Shown here: positions 28,194 to 37,763 of the stretch, piece after piece
Numbering within the stretch: the first letter of the stretch is position 1
Layout of the letters: each line of letters begins with the position of its first letter
IMG/VR virus record: IMGVR_UViG_3300032236_002285
Span: 372,001 to 436,000 of that record
Direction: 5' to 3' (one strand)
DNA: 64,000 bases
Position numbers and translations under genes: made by a program
Notes under the pieces: model-generated
Databases searched by the model: none
The model's input: the letters and a program-made list of their open reading frames with translations, nothing else
Told to the model about the DNA's origin: nothing

Positions 28194-28946
28194 ATGATAG
28201 AATTGCTACGCAATCAACTAGAGTGTTTTAACGACTTACAATTTGAATTTGATCCTAAATTACATAGATATACATACGAAGGTGAGCCTTTTGTTTCTGT
28301 AACTCGATTCATACAACAATTTCACAAGCCATTTGAACAAGACTATTGGTCTAAAGTAAAAGCCGATCAGGCCGGTGTTCCACAAGATTGGATATTAGCC
28401 GAATGGAAAAAATTAAATGATTATGCTAATGAAGTTGGTACCGACACTCACCAATGGATTGAAGATTACTTTAATCAAATTTGGAAACCTCTTCCTAATA
28501 ACTTAGATGTTATACACCGTATTAATAAATTTAATAAGATTTATGCTAAACATCTTTATAAACTTGAGCCTCTAAAGTTTGAGGTGAGAGTATTTTCAAA
28601 AAGATGGAAAATAGCCGGAATGATTGACTCTTTATTTGTTTATAGAGGAAAGATTTACATTCTTGACTGGAAAACAAATAAAGACTTTACAGATAATAAC
28701 CATAAGAAAGGCACCTATGAGAAACTACTTGCGCCTTTTCAAGATTACTATAAAAATCATCTAAACGAATACTCAATACAACTATCTATGTATGCCTTAA
28801 TTTTAGAAGAGTGGGGCTTTCAAGTAGGTGGCGCTTACATAGTTCATATTGGACCTGGTGATGAAGAAGCAGAACTATATAAAGTAGTTGACATGAGAGA
28901 CAACCTAAAATTATTTTTAAATGGATCTATACAGGAGTCTAACTAA
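28194..28946 (+). CDS. PD-(D/E)XK superfamily exonuclease
   Basis: SVT, GTDTHQWIE, IAGMID, ILDWKT, YSIQLSMY. Confidence 0.85.
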   Translation: MIELLRNQLECFNDLQFEFDPKLHRYTYEGEPFVSVTRFIQQFHKPFEQDYWSKVKADQAGVPQDWILAEWKKLNDYANEVGTDTHQWIEDYFNQIWKPLPNNLDVIHRINKFNKIYAKHLYKLEPLKFEVRVFSKRWKIAGMIDSLFVYRGKIYILDWKTNKDFTDNNHKKGTYEKLLAPFQDYYKNHLNEYSIQLSMYALILEEWGFQVGGAYIVHIGPGDEEAELYKVVDMRDNLKLFLNGSIQESN

Positions 28947-29226
28947 TAGTGATGATTTTTTAAACTACTTCTGTGATGTATTAGAAGATAATATATCAAC
29001 TAAAGCAGGTTATAAGGTTAATATTAGTTTCAAGAAACATGACATGTCTATATTCTTTTTTATAGATGGATCGTCTATACTACAAGTAATACCTGATAAA
29101 GATTTACAATATACATATGCTCACGTTCCTTCTTATGAGAAGGAGATAAGACATTCAATTGGAGTAGCCGAGAAACAATATAAGAGAGATAAAACGATAG
29201 AAGAGATCATAAAAAAAGAGAGTTAA
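28921..29226 (+). CDS. C-tagged hypothetical protein
   Basis: Ends KRDKTIEEIIKKES. Confidence 0.65.
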   Translation: MDLYRSLTNSDDFLNYFCDVLEDNISTKAGYKVNISFKKHDMSIFFFIDGSSILQVIPDKDLQYTYAHVPSYEKEIRHSIGVAEKQYKRDKTIEEIIKKES

Positions 29227-29242
29227 TTTAACTCTCTTTTTT
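29211..29242. terminator. Bidirectional terminator
   Basis: aaaaaagagagttaa-t-ttaactctctttttt. Confidence 0.8.
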
Positions 29243-29261
29243 ATTTTTAGTATGTTTTGTA

Positions 29262-29744
29262 TTAAACATTTGGCTCAACTACTTCACCAGAAGCTACCTC
29301 TGTATAAAATAATCCTTTTTGTTTAATAACATCCAAGATAGTATTAGTAGCATCAATTCTATCTGTGTTAAAGATAACTTCCATCTTACCCATAACTAAA
29401 TCAATAGAGTTTTGGTTAGCCCACTCATCGATGATAACCGACAATTGATCATAAACACTTGTATTTAGATCTTCTGACATTTGCTTAAGTTGAGTTTTAA
29501 ATTCAGTATCAGCTTTCATTAGAGTATCTTGGATTTGTTTGAATTTCTCCATATCTCTTTTTTGAGATACTTCATCTACAATAAGACCTGATTGAGATCT
29601 TGTAATGATTGCTTGCATTTCTTTTCTAGAAGGTTCAACACTCTCCAACATTCTTCTTTTTTCAGATTCAATGTTTTTGTAACCATCAACATATGGTTGA
29701 AAATTTCTTGTTAAAACTTCAAAGTCTATTACTCTTAATTCCAT
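29262..29744 (-). CDS. OmpH/Skp-like chaperone without a signal peptide
   Basis: LRVIDFEVL, long coiled coil, IIDEWANQNSIDLVM, DATNTIL; TAAAC-N18-TATAA at 29763-29790 (-). Confidence 0.7.
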   Translation of the reverse strand: MELRVIDFEVLTRNFQPYVDGYKNIESEKRRMLESVEPSRKEMQAIITRSQSGLIVDEVSQKRDMEKFKQIQDTLMKADTEFKTQLKQMSEDLNTSVYDQLSVIIDEWANQNSIDLVMGKMEVIFNTDRIDATNTILDVIKQKGLFYTEVASGEVVEPNV

Positions 29745-29787
29745 TTAAAATATTTTTTCTTATTATAGATTAAATTGATATAAATGT

Positions 29788-30339
29788 TTAAGAAAGAAGA
29801 TAATCAACAGCTATTTTATATCTGTTTAATAAATTAGTATCTTCTGAGTAAGCAGCATCTGTTGTATCAACAATAATACTAGATGTTGCACCTTGTTTTG
29901 TGACTTCTAAATAAGTTACTCTTGATCCGATTACTTTAGCAAATTGTTTATTTTGTAGATAGTAACTAGAATCTGGAGAGAATTGATCTACCTCAACTAT
30001 CTGACCAATTGTTTGATTTGTTGAATCTAAATGAATATCAAATCCCATTTGATAAAGACTTTTCTTATCCATTAAAGCTTTTATTTTCTTTGATACAGAT
30101 GGGTTTGTTTGGAATAAAATACTTTCCCATGTTTTGTTTTTAACATCAACTATACTTTGAAAATCGGTAATATCAATACTATATTTGTAATATAATGTCA
30201 ATTCAAAATAATTATAATCACCTTTTGTAATTAAGTCATCTATCAATGTATGATACTCATAGATGTATTCTCTGCCTTTAGTAGCAAGTTTATCTATTTG
30301 AGAATATATTTTATTAATTTTCTTTTTATCTGGACTCAT
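29788..30339 (-). CDS. Hypothetical protein (putative late)
   Basis: TAATATATA box 4 nt upstream (30344-30352). Confidence 0.7.
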   Translation of the reverse strand: MSPDKKKINKIYSQIDKLATKGREYIYEYHTLIDDLITKGDYNYFELTLYYKYSIDITDFQSIVDVKNKTWESILFQTNPSVSKKIKALMDKKSLYQMGFDIHLDSTNQTIGQIVEVDQFSPDSSYYLQNKQFAKVIGSRVTYLEVTKQGATSSIIVDTTDAAYSEDTNLLNRYKIAVDYLLS

Positions 30340-30351
30340 ATCTTATATATT

Positions 30352-30380
30352 AAAAAATCCGAACTTGTGATTCGGATTTT
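30352..30380 (-). terminator. Rho-independent terminator
   Basis: aaaatccgaa-cttgtga-ttcggatttt with an A-run on the plus strand. Confidence 0.75.
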
Positions 30381-30383
30381 AAT

Positions 30384-31511
30384 TTATTTAGCTTCTTCGC
30401 CACCTAATTGTTTTTCAATTTCGGTTATCTTATCTTTATTTGCTTCTGGTTCTTGATATAGTTTAGCTATATCATCTAACTTTTTAATCGCTTCAGGATT
30501 TTTAGTTTTTACATCTGCTAAAGTTTTAACTAAATCTTCTTGACCTTCTGCTTTTTCAACCTCACCTTCAGCTTTCATAAGTATGTCAGCTATAGTTTTA
30601 GTAAAGTCAGCACCTTCAAAAGAAACTTTATCACCTTCAATTTTAGAAATCTTTTTAATTCCAATTTCATCAGTTTGAAGTTCTTTCATTTTACCTTCAT
30701 TTGTTTTTTTCTTATCGTCATCTGTTAAAGCATCCCATTTAGCCTGGTCAAATTTATCTCTTTTATAAACTACGGTATCACCTACTTTATAATCCTGAGT
30801 CGCACCCGCTCCACCAAATGTTATTTTTTTAGCCTCAAGATTTTTATTCAACTCGTCTATCGTTATAGCTTTTTCAAACTTAACCAATTGAGGAATTAAA
30901 GTTTTTTCAACCCAATTTATAATTGCGTCTTTTTTCTTTTTACCATCATTTGCTGCCGCTAATAACTTTTTAACATCAGGAAGATGTGTAGTATCCTTTA
31001 AGTCAACATTAATCTTTTTAGGATCAACTTTACCATCAGTTGGGCCACCAGCAAATTTATATTGAGCTATTGCCTTATTTCTAATTGTTTCAAAAACATA
31101 TTGAGTATCAGCAGGTAACCAGTTCATTGGTTCACCTTTTTTTGGTGGATATTTTTTATTAAGAGCATCTAACATTGGTTTTAATCCTTGTTTTCCTAAA
31201 GCACCTGTTTCTGGATTAAGTATACCATCAACAAGAGTTAAACAATCTTGATCATTAGCCTCTGGTCTTTTTTTGAACTCCTCCATTTGTTGTTTAAACA
31301 TATAAGAATCATCTGTTGGATTTAAGGTATTTGTGCTTATCCATTTTGTTATATCTTCTTGCTTAGGATTTGCACCAAGCTTGTCTAATTCGGCAATAGC
31401 TTTATTCCAAAGATTCTTAAAAAAGTTAATAACACCACCTAATAATTCTTCATTAACAGGCTCCGTGTTTTTTAGTTTTCTATGAGACTCGAATGTTTTA
31501 ATATACTTCAT
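30384..31511 (-). CDS. N-tagged Lys/Glu-rich protein, probably virion-associated
   Basis: MKYIKTFE...VNEELLG. Confidence 0.75.
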   Translation of the reverse strand: MKYIKTFESHRKLKNTEPVNEELLGGVINFFKNLWNKAIAELDKLGANPKQEDITKWISTNTLNPTDDSYMFKQQMEEFKKRPEANDQDCLTLVDGILNPETGALGKQGLKPMLDALNKKYPPKKGEPMNWLPADTQYVFETIRNKAIAQYKFAGGPTDGKVDPKKINVDLKDTTHLPDVKKLLAAANDGKKKKDAIINWVEKTLIPQLVKFEKAITIDELNKNLEAKKITFGGAGATQDYKVGDTVVYKRDKFDQAKWDALTDDDKKKTNEGKMKELQTDEIGIKKISKIEGDKVSFEGADFTKTIADILMKAEGEVEKAEGQEDLVKTLADVKTKNPEAIKKLDDIAKLYQEPEANKDKITEIEKQLGGEEAK

Positions 31512-31602
31512 AAATTAATAATTTATTTATTTAGTGTATATATTTATTTTCTTAAACCAAATACTTAAATTTTCATATAAACTTCAAATAACTAATTTTA
31601 TA

Positions 31603-32073
31603 ATGGAACAAATCAATTCACTTAATCAAGTCGCTGACTTTCACAGGACATTTAATGCACCTATTTTAGATACACCTCAAATCCCATCTGAACAAAGATG
31701 CCAACTTCGTGTTAATCTTTTACAAGAAGAATTAAATGAACTATCACAAGCTATTAAAGACAATGATATTGTAGAAATCGCAGATGCTCTTTGTGATATT
31801 CAATACGTTCTTTCCGGTGCTGTATTAGAATTTGGCTTAGGTGAAAAATTTGTTGAGTTATTCAATGAAGTTCAAAGAAGTAATATGTCTAAAGCTTGTT
31901 CAACTGAAGAAGAGGCTCAAAGAACTTTAGAACACTATAAACAAAAAGATGGCACTGAAGGTTACTACAAACAAGTAGGAGATAAATGGGTTGCTTATAG
32001 AAACGGTGATGATAAAGTATTAAAATCAGTTGGGTATTCAGCTGCAAATATAAAGGGGATGTTGAATGATTAG
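31603..32073 (+). CDS. MazG-like/PRA-PH nucleoside triphosphate pyrophosphohydrolase
   Basis: VADFHRTF, LLQEELNEL, EIADALCDIQYV, EVQRSNMSK; start moved to MEQ after TAAAC-N18-TATAA (31553-31580). Confidence 0.85.
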   Translation: MEQINSLNQVADFHRTFNAPILDTPQIPSEQRCQLRVNLLQEELNELSQAIKDNDIVEIADALCDIQYVLSGAVLEFGLGEKFVELFNEVQRSNMSKACSTEEEAQRTLEHYKQKDGTEGYYKQVGDKWVAYRNGDDKVLKSVGYSAANIKGMLND

Positions 32074-32392
32074 TGATTATGTTGAATACAAACTAAGACT
32101 AAAAGTAACAACTCATCTTAGATTAGCCGGGCTTGATACTAATGTTGATATATCATCATTGGTTGAAAAGGTTAAAGAAATGGGTGACTATAAAATAAGT
32201 TGGCAAGAGAATATACCAGTTGCTATAAATATGTTTGACTTTCCACATAAAGTAGAAGTTGATTTTGGTAAGTACTTTATTTTAAACGAAGATGGTAGTT
32301 TTAAGCAGCAACTTTATTCATCAGAGTTTATAGATTTTTCTCTAAAAGAAATGAGAGAATATAGATTAAGTAAAATATTAAAAGAGTTATGA
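32066..32392 (+). CDS. C-tagged hypothetical protein
   Basis: Ends MREYRLSKILKEL. Confidence 0.7.
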   Translation: MISDYVEYKLRLKVTTHLRLAGLDTNVDISSLVEKVKEMGDYKISWQENIPVAINMFDFPHKVEVDFGKYFILNEDGSFKQQLYSSEFIDFSLKEMREYRLSKILKEL

Positions 32393-33381
32393 AAACAATC
32401 TTAGTAACAGGTGGATCAGGTTATATTGGATCACACACGGTAGTAGAGTTATTAAAAAACCCAGAATATGATGTTATCATTGTTGATAACTTCTCAAATT
32501 CAAACCCAGAGATAGTTAACCGTCTTTATGAGGTAACTCAAAGACCTATAAAAATCTACCACAGAGATTGTAGAGATCAATTAGATGATATTCTTTCTCA
32601 ACATAAAGTAGATGGTATTATTCACTTTGCTGCTTATAAGTCTGTTGGTGAATCAGTTGAAAGTCCAATACAATACTATGATAATAATATTAATTCTTTG
32701 TTGAATATGTTAGATACTGCTAAGTATTTTGGTATTAAAAACTTTGTATTCTCTTCTTCTTGTGCTCTTTATGGTAATCTAAAAGAACTACCAGCAACAG
32801 AAGAGTCTCCACTATCTGAGCCAGAGTCACCTTATGCCAATACTAAATTAATGGGTGAACAAATTCTGAAGGATTTTTCAAAAGCCAATCCAGATATAAA
32901 AATTATATCTTTAAGATACTTTAATCCGGTTGGCGCTCACGAATCTGGTCTAATAGGTGAATCACCAATTAACAAACCAAATAATATCCTACCAGTAATT
33001 TGCAACTCAGCAGAAACTAAAGAAGAAATGTTAGTTTTTGGTGGTGATTATCCAACAAAAGATGGGACTTGTATTAGAGATTATGTTCATGTTTCTGATA
33101 TTGCTGAAGCTCATGTTAAAGCTTTTGAATATTCAAGTGATAAACCCTATGATGTTTTTAACTTAGGATCAAATAATGGCGTTTCAGTCTTAGATATAAT
33201 AAACTCATTTGAAAGAGTTAATAATGTTAAGGTTAATTATAAGATAAGTGATAGAAGAGAAGGTGATATTATTCAGATATATTCCGATTCAAGTAAAGCA
33301 AAGATAATTGGTTGGGAACCAAAAAGAAGTGTTGATGATATGGTTTCAAGTGCTTGGAAATGGTATAAAAATAAAATTTAA
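32389..33381 (+). CDS. galE: UDP-glucose 4-epimerase
   Basis: ILVTGGSGYIGSHT, HFAAYKSVGES, YANTK, LRYFNPVGAH, DGTCIRDYVHV. Confidence 0.95.
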   Translation: MKTILVTGGSGYIGSHTVVELLKNPEYDVIIVDNFSNSNPEIVNRLYEVTQRPIKIYHRDCRDQLDDILSQHKVDGIIHFAAYKSVGESVESPIQYYDNNINSLLNMLDTAKYFGIKNFVFSSSCALYGNLKELPATEESPLSEPESPYANTKLMGEQILKDFSKANPDIKIISLRYFNPVGAHESGLIGESPINKPNNILPVICNSAETKEEMLVFGGDYPTKDGTCIRDYVHVSDIAEAHVKAFEYSSDKPYDVFNLGSNNGVSVLDIINSFERVNNVKVNYKISDRREGDIIQIYSDSSKAKIIGWEPKRSVDDMVSSAWKWYKNKI

Positions 33382-33406
33382 TTAAAATATTTTGTATATT
33401 TGCATT

Positions 33407-33769
33407 ATGAATATTTCCAATCGAGAAAAGAAAAGACGACAACATTCAAAAGAATTAAACTCTTTTAGAAATAAAATGGGTAAACATATTGTTTGGTTTG
33501 ACTCTTTGTCAACAACGAAGCAATATGATTTGCTATTTGGTTGGAAAAGAGAGAAGAAAACAAACAAGTTACAATCACCTGAAGAAAAAACAATCTTGAG
33601 ACCAACCTATGTTGGTTACAGAAGAAAAATGGTAAAACAAAAAATCACTTCTTATCCAGCGTCACTTAAACACTTTATAATTAAATGTAGAATGAACCCA
33701 AATTTCCAACCTCATAAAACAAGAGTTAGGGATGCGGCAATCGATATACTTTTAAATAACAAAAAATAA
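33407..33769 (+). CDS. Basic C-tagged hypothetical protein
   Basis: TATATTTG at 33395-33402 precedes the ATG at 33407; ends RDAAIDILLNNKK. Confidence 0.65.
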   Translation: MNISNREKKRRQHSKELNSFRNKMGKHIVWFDSLSTTKQYDLLFGWKREKKTNKLQSPEEKTILRPTYVGYRRKMVKQKITSYPASLKHFIIKCRMNPNFQPHKTRVRDAAIDILLNNKK

Positions 33770-33782
33770 TAAAAAATATAGT

Positions 33783-34745
33783 ATGAAAATCTTTAGTGGA
33801 TCATCAAGTCAAGTTCTCACAGATCAGATTTGTGAAATTTTAAATCAAGAGTTGAAAAGTTTCTCCTCAATGGGTATCACCAACGGTGAAATTAAACCAG
33901 GTAAATTACAAATTGATAAATTCTCAGATGGTGAGATTTTACCATTATTCAATGAATCAGTTAGAGACGAGCATGTTTTCTTTGTCAGTACAACAAATAG
34001 TTCTGATAATATTGTTGAAACACTTCTTGTAATTGATGCCGCTAAAAGAGCTGGTTGTAAATCATTTACTTTAATTGCGCCATTTCAAGGCTATTCTCGT
34101 CAAGATAAAACAGACCATCTTCGTTCATCAATTGGTTCTAAAATGCTGGCGGATGTTTTAACATCCGCAGGTATGACAAGAATTATGACAATTGACTTAC
34201 ACGCATCAGCTATTCAAGGTTTTTATAATGTTCCTGTTATTCACTTAAATGGTAACAAAATCTTTATTGATTATATTAAAGATCACAAAATTGAAGATTT
34301 AACAATTGTGGCACCAGACCAGGGAGCCGTTAAAAGAGCTTCTGATTTTTGTAAAGCTTTTCCAGATGCTACTTTTGCTATGATTAATAAGAAAAGAATT
34401 AAACCAAATGAAGTTCACTCAATGGAATTGGTCGGTGATGTTAGTGGTCGCAATGTTGTTATCGTTGATGATATGGCAGATACGCTAGGTACAATGAAAA
34501 AAGCCGCTGAACTTCTTATGAAAAATGGTGCTAAATCAGTTAGGGCAATTGCCACACATGGTGTTTTAAGTGGTAAAGCATATGAAAACTTAGAATCATC
34601 TGTTTTAACTGAGTTGTTAGTATCAGACTCTATTCCAGCTAAAGCTTCACCTAAATTAAAAGTTATATCTTGCGATAGACTTATTGCTAAATCTATTTGG
34701 GGTTTGGTTAATAGAGTAAGTATTCATGAACTAAATGTAATTTAA
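33783..34745 (+). CDS. prs: Ribose-phosphate pyrophosphokinase
   Basis: KFSDGE, YSRQDK, IDLHA, VAPDQG, VIVDDMADT, ATHGVLSG. Confidence 0.95.
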   Translation: MKIFSGSSSQVLTDQICEILNQELKSFSSMGITNGEIKPGKLQIDKFSDGEILPLFNESVRDEHVFFVSTTNSSDNIVETLLVIDAAKRAGCKSFTLIAPFQGYSRQDKTDHLRSSIGSKMLADVLTSAGMTRIMTIDLHASAIQGFYNVPVIHLNGNKIFIDYIKDHKIEDLTIVAPDQGAVKRASDFCKAFPDATFAMINKKRIKPNEVHSMELVGDVSGRNVVIVDDMADTLGTMKKAAELLMKNGAKSVRAIATHGVLSGKAYENLESSVLTELLVSDSIPAKASPKLKVISCDRLIAKSIWGLVNRVSIHELNVI

Positions 34746-35368
34746 TGAGTTACTTAAATGAAATAAAAGCTTATATGAGAGATATTAATCTTGACATCCT
34801 AATGAATTGCCCGGATGTCAAGATTGATATTTCTAAACGATACAAAAATAAGTTTCGTCTTTTTTATCCAAGCCGTAAACTTATTAAGTATGTAACTAAT
34901 ATCGGTGGTGTACTAACCGGTTCAAGAGCTATTCGTTGTTATACAATTGGTGGTAAACCAATTCTTGAAAGAAAAGTAGATGATTGGGATTTTATTGTTA
35001 CTCTTGATATGGCTTTTAAGATTTGCGCAGATATGGGTATAGATGAAATTCCACAAGTTGATAACGTAATAAGTATTAGAAATCAAAGAATGTGGAGACA
35101 TCCTGATTACTCTGAAGCTTATCGAGTTGGTCCAGTTGATGTTCAATTAATTGTGAAAGAAGAACTTCCAGACTATACAGAGATTGATGGTGTTAGAATT
35201 TCTAACTTTGGTTATTCAGTTTCACAAAAAATTGGATTGACTACCGAGTTACAAAGTAAACTTACTGGTGAAAAATCTGAATATGATGAACACTATCACA
35301 AACACATTTCTGATATGAAAGAAATGATTATAAAATTTAATAGTTTAAAATGGAAACAACCGGCGTAG
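34745..35368 (+). CDS. Putative nucleotidyltransferase-fold protein with an N-terminal C-tag-like helix
   Basis: LTGSRA...DDWDF (GS plus DxD); MRDINLDIL near the N-terminus. Confidence 0.55.
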   Translation: MSYLNEIKAYMRDINLDILMNCPDVKIDISKRYKNKFRLFYPSRKLIKYVTNIGGVLTGSRAIRCYTIGGKPILERKVDDWDFIVTLDMAFKICADMGIDEIPQVDNVISIRNQRMWRHPDYSEAYRVGPVDVQLIVKEELPDYTEIDGVRISNFGYSVSQKIGLTTELQSKLTGEKSEYDEHYHKHISDMKEMIIKFNSLKWKQPA

Positions 35369-36261
35369 CAAATATATTAGACGGTAAATTAGTATCTAAC
35401 CACATACTTGATGGTGTTAGAGAGAATGTTGATAAACATGTAAATGAATCAAAAGAAAAGTTAGGCTATACAATCGCAAGACCAAGTATGGCTATCGTTC
35501 TTGTTGGTAACAATCCTGCTTCTGAATCATATGTTAAAGGCAAATTAAAAGCTTGTGAGAAAGCCGGTATCAATCATCATCTAATTAGATTTGATGAATC
35601 AATATCTGCTTTTGATTTATTAACAGAAGTTAAGAACTTAAACAAATCTTCTTATGATGGTTTCATTGTTCAACTTCCTTTACCAGAACATATCAAACCA
35701 GAGCCAATTATCAATGAGATAAGTGCTTACAAAGATATTGATGGGTTTCATCCACTTAACTTTGGTAAGATGGCTTTAGGTCAAAAAGCAATGAGACCAG
35801 CAACTGCTTATGGTATTCTAAAGTTGTTAGAGTATTATCAACTTGAAACAAAAGGTAAACATGTGGTTGTTATTGGTCGTTCAAATATTGTCGGTAAACC
35901 TATTTCTATTATGCTTGGTAATGACTTTAACATCGGACGAGCTACTGTTACCTCATGTGATATTAACACTCCCAAATCGCTTCTAATTGAAGAATGTCAA
36001 AAAGCAGATATCGTTATTGTAGCTGTTGGTAAGCCTTGTTTAGTAACGGCTGATATGATTAAAGAAGGTGCTGTTGTGATTGATGTTGGTATTAATAAAT
36101 TAGAATCAGGTAAGTTAGTTGGTGATTGTGACTTTGGCGCGATTGCTGAGAAAGCAAGTTGGGTTACTCCGGTACCAGGCGGTGTTGGACCAATGACTAT
36201 ATCTGGTTTGATTCTAAATACTTATGAAGCTTGGAAAATGAAAAACTTTATCAATGAATAA
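35350..36261 (+). CDS. folD: Methylenetetrahydrofolate dehydrogenase/cyclohydrolase
   Basis: VQLPLP, KDIDGFHP, VVIGRSNIVGKP, VIDVGIN, TPVPGGVGPMT. Confidence 0.95.
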   Translation: METTGVANILDGKLVSNHILDGVRENVDKHVNESKEKLGYTIARPSMAIVLVGNNPASESYVKGKLKACEKAGINHHLIRFDESISAFDLLTEVKNLNKSSYDGFIVQLPLPEHIKPEPIINEISAYKDIDGFHPLNFGKMALGQKAMRPATAYGILKLLEYYQLETKGKHVVVIGRSNIVGKPISIMLGNDFNIGRATVTSCDINTPKSLLIEECQKADIVIVAVGKPCLVTADMIKEGAVVIDVGINKLESGKLVGDCDFGAIAEKASWVTPVPGGVGPMTISGLILNTYEAWKMKNFINE

Positions 36262-36499
36262 AGTAATGTGTGTTAGTAATAAGGGTTGGGAACCTCTTCC
36301 GATAACAATCGGTAAGATTTATGATGTTATTAGGTTAGAGAATATACCATTCTCACCACATAGGTATGATGATCCAAGTGGTCCTTTTTATTTAATCAAG
36401 TGTGACAATAAAGAATTAAAACATATTGATGCTAATAGATTTCGTGAGTTAACATTAGATGAGAAAAGAGAATTAAAACTTGAAGATTTGGGAATATGA
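36254..36499 (+). CDS. C-tagged small beta-rich protein
   Basis: TIGKIYDV..YLIKCD..; ends KRELKLEDLGI. Confidence 0.75.
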   Translation: MNKVMCVSNKGWEPLPITIGKIYDVIRLENIPFSPHRYDDPSGPFYLIKCDNKELKHIDANRFRELTLDEKRELKLEDLGI

Positions 36500-36825
36500 T
36501 GCTAAATTGTAGCAGTGAAGAGTCTAAACAAGTGTGTCAAATTATTAATGAATTTGACAAACATAGAGAAAATTATATAAAAGTTTTTAATGTTGAGTTA
36601 ACAAAAGGTAAAGTTTCTAATAGAATACATATCGGTGCACCATTAAGACAAGTAGAAGTTAATTGTTTTAAAGTAAGACATTCAAGTGAATTTGCTTACA
36701 ATAAAGTTTCAACTGGTACACGATATATCTATGAAGGTGATATATTATACACAGAGATTTATAAATGGTATAATAGACATCTACGAGACAATAAATTAGA
36801 AGAATTATTTAATGGAATTTTATAA
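36496..36825 (+). CDS. C-tagged hypothetical protein
   Basis: Ends LRDNKLEELFNGIL. Confidence 0.7.
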   Translation: MMLNCSSEESKQVCQIINEFDKHRENYIKVFNVELTKGKVSNRIHIGAPLRQVEVNCFKVRHSSEFAYNKVSTGTRYIYEGDILYTEIYKWYNRHLRDNKLEELFNGIL

Positions 36826-37105
36826 CTTATTTAAGTTAGTATTTTCAATTGTAATTTATATTATATTATCACCAATCATTATTCCTATTTTATTAATCAA
36901 TGAAGTAAGATGGAATAAAGGTGTTTGTAGAAAGTGTAACTCTGATAGATATGATTTAGATTTCAGACCAGATAAGTTTATTAACCATCACTATGTTTGT
37001 AAGAAGTGTGGATATAGATTCTTATCATCAAGACATAGAATTCAACCGAGTAATAATCAATTAAAAACTCTGATAAGAGAAAATAAGATAAATAAAATAT
37101 TATAA
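36812..37105 (+). CDS. C-tagged membrane-anchored Zn-ribbon protein
   Basis: TM helix, CRKC..CKKC; ends IRENKINKIL. Confidence 0.7.
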   Translation: MEFYNLFKLVFSIVIYIILSPIIIPILLINEVRWNKGVCRKCNSDRYDLDFRPDKFINHHYVCKKCGYRFLSSRHRIQPSNNQLKTLIRENKINKIL

Positions 37106-37106
37106 A

Positions 37107-37370
37107 ATGATTTACCCATCAAGAATAAAAGGTCAGGAATATCCTCTTAGTAAAGGGGATATTGTTGTTTGTATAACTGAGAATTTTGGTGAGTTTACTT
37201 TTGGTAAAAAATATACTTTATACTCTGACTTTGATGGTAATACTTTACCAATTACATCAGATTTAGGTAATCAACCATTACCTTGTTACTACGCACCAAC
37301 TGGATATTATTTTCTACCTCTTCATATCTGGAGAGAATTAAAAATAAACAAAGTATTAGAAAATGAGTAA
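37107..37370 (+). CDS. C-tagged small beta-rich protein
   Basis: GDIVVCI..FTFGKKY; ends WRELKINKVLENE. Confidence 0.7.
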   Translation: MIYPSRIKGQEYPLSKGDIVVCITENFGEFTFGKKYTLYSDFDGNTLPITSDLGNQPLPCYYAPTGYYFLPLHIWRELKINKVLENE

Positions 37371-37542
37371 AGTGACAAAAGAAGAACTTGAAAGATATAA
37401 AAAAATCTTAGCAAATGAAATATCAGCTTTTTTAAAAGAATGTCCAATTTGTAAACAAAAGTTCAAAGATTTTTTAGATATCAAAATCATTTGCACTAAT
37501 TGTGATAGAGAAGAGAAACTAAACAAAGTATTAGAAAAATGA
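37363..37542 (+). CDS. C-tagged 59-aa Zn-finger protein (absent from the ORF track)
   Basis: MSKVTKEELERYKKILANEISAFLKECPICKQKFKDFLDIKIICTNCDREEKLNKVLEK; fills the gap and overlaps both neighbours. Confidence 0.75.
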   Translation: MSKVTKEELERYKKILANEISAFLKECPICKQKFKDFLDIKIICTNCDREEKLNKVLEK

Positions 37543-37763
37543 TAAAAGTAGGAGATAGAGTTAGAAACATCAGAGTAGAAGTATATAAAGATGAACCTAT
37601 AATTGTGATTGATAAATCTTGGAGAGATAGATATCATATTAAATACCTAAATGTTTATACGGTTCAGAATACAAATATGTTATCTTGGGTTGATGAAGGT
37701 GATATAACTTTAGATATAGAATATTATAGAAATCTTAAATTAGAAAAATTATTAAATGAATAA
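37539..37763 (+). CDS. C-tagged small beta-rich protein
   Basis: MIKVGDRV; ends YRNLKLEKLLNE. Confidence 0.7.
   Translation: MIKVGDRVRNIRVEVYKDEPIIVIDKSWRDRYHIKYLNVYTVQNTNMLSWVDEGDITLDIEYYRNLKLEKLLNE

Noticed and set aside
28194-28946. Cas4 / CRISPR adaptation gene
   Set aside because: It has the PD-(D/E)XK core but lacks the four-Cys Fe-S ligands of Cas4 and has no cas neighbours.
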